Shown piece after piece: positions 63,955 through 64,000 of a stretch of 64,000 bases of DNA. Position 1 is the first letter of the stretch. The number at the start of each line of letters is the position of its first letter. This stretch comes from Nitrosopumilaceae archaeon (GTDB lineage: Archaea; Thermoproteota; Nitrososphaeria; Nitrososphaerales; Nitrosopumilaceae). Position numbers and translations under genes: made by a program. The stretch spans positions 512,001 to 576,000 of the forward strand of contig CBDBMG010000002.1 in assembly GCA_965207375.1 (NCBI GenBank), given 5' to 3'. Under the pieces are notes generated by a model. The model did not search any database and was not told the DNA's origin. It saw nothing but the letters and a program-made list of their open reading frames with translations.

Positions 63955-64000
63955 GTTTGGCTAATTTATTTATTATAGTGCACACATGTATTGTACTGTT

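Overview
This is AT-rich, intron-containing eukaryotic DNA, most likely from a demosponge (short ~45-60 bp GT-AG introns, TAGCTA-rich intergenic DNA, sponge-type gene families; the taxon is an inference). There are two plausible host genes. One is a plus-strand multi-exon, cysteine-rich multipass membrane protein (~32.9-45.3 kb; 5' part not found). The other is a minus-strand Ig/FN3 single-pass receptor (48.4-62.2 kb) whose cytoplasmic tail carries six YG(V/I)INQP tyrosine motifs. A fibrinogen-domain pseudogene lies at 2.1-3.4 kb. The first half is a decayed mobile-element gene cluster: an integrase-core (DDE) pseudogene abutting a HECT-like fragment, a phage-type AAA+/DUF927-like ATPase gene with spliceosomal introns lying head-to-head with a KDZ/Zisupton-like transposase fused to OTU and CXC domains, a 1.1 kb 9-bp tandem array, and a C2H2-MULE-SWIM transposase. 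Also present are a near-intact hAT transposon with TIRs and an 8-bp TSD, many MITEs (including a triple nest), a Kolobok-like palindromic element, LINE and YqaJ remnants, and a 28S rRNA fragment with a twin-priming-like inversion. All assignments come from motifs read by eye; no searches were run.
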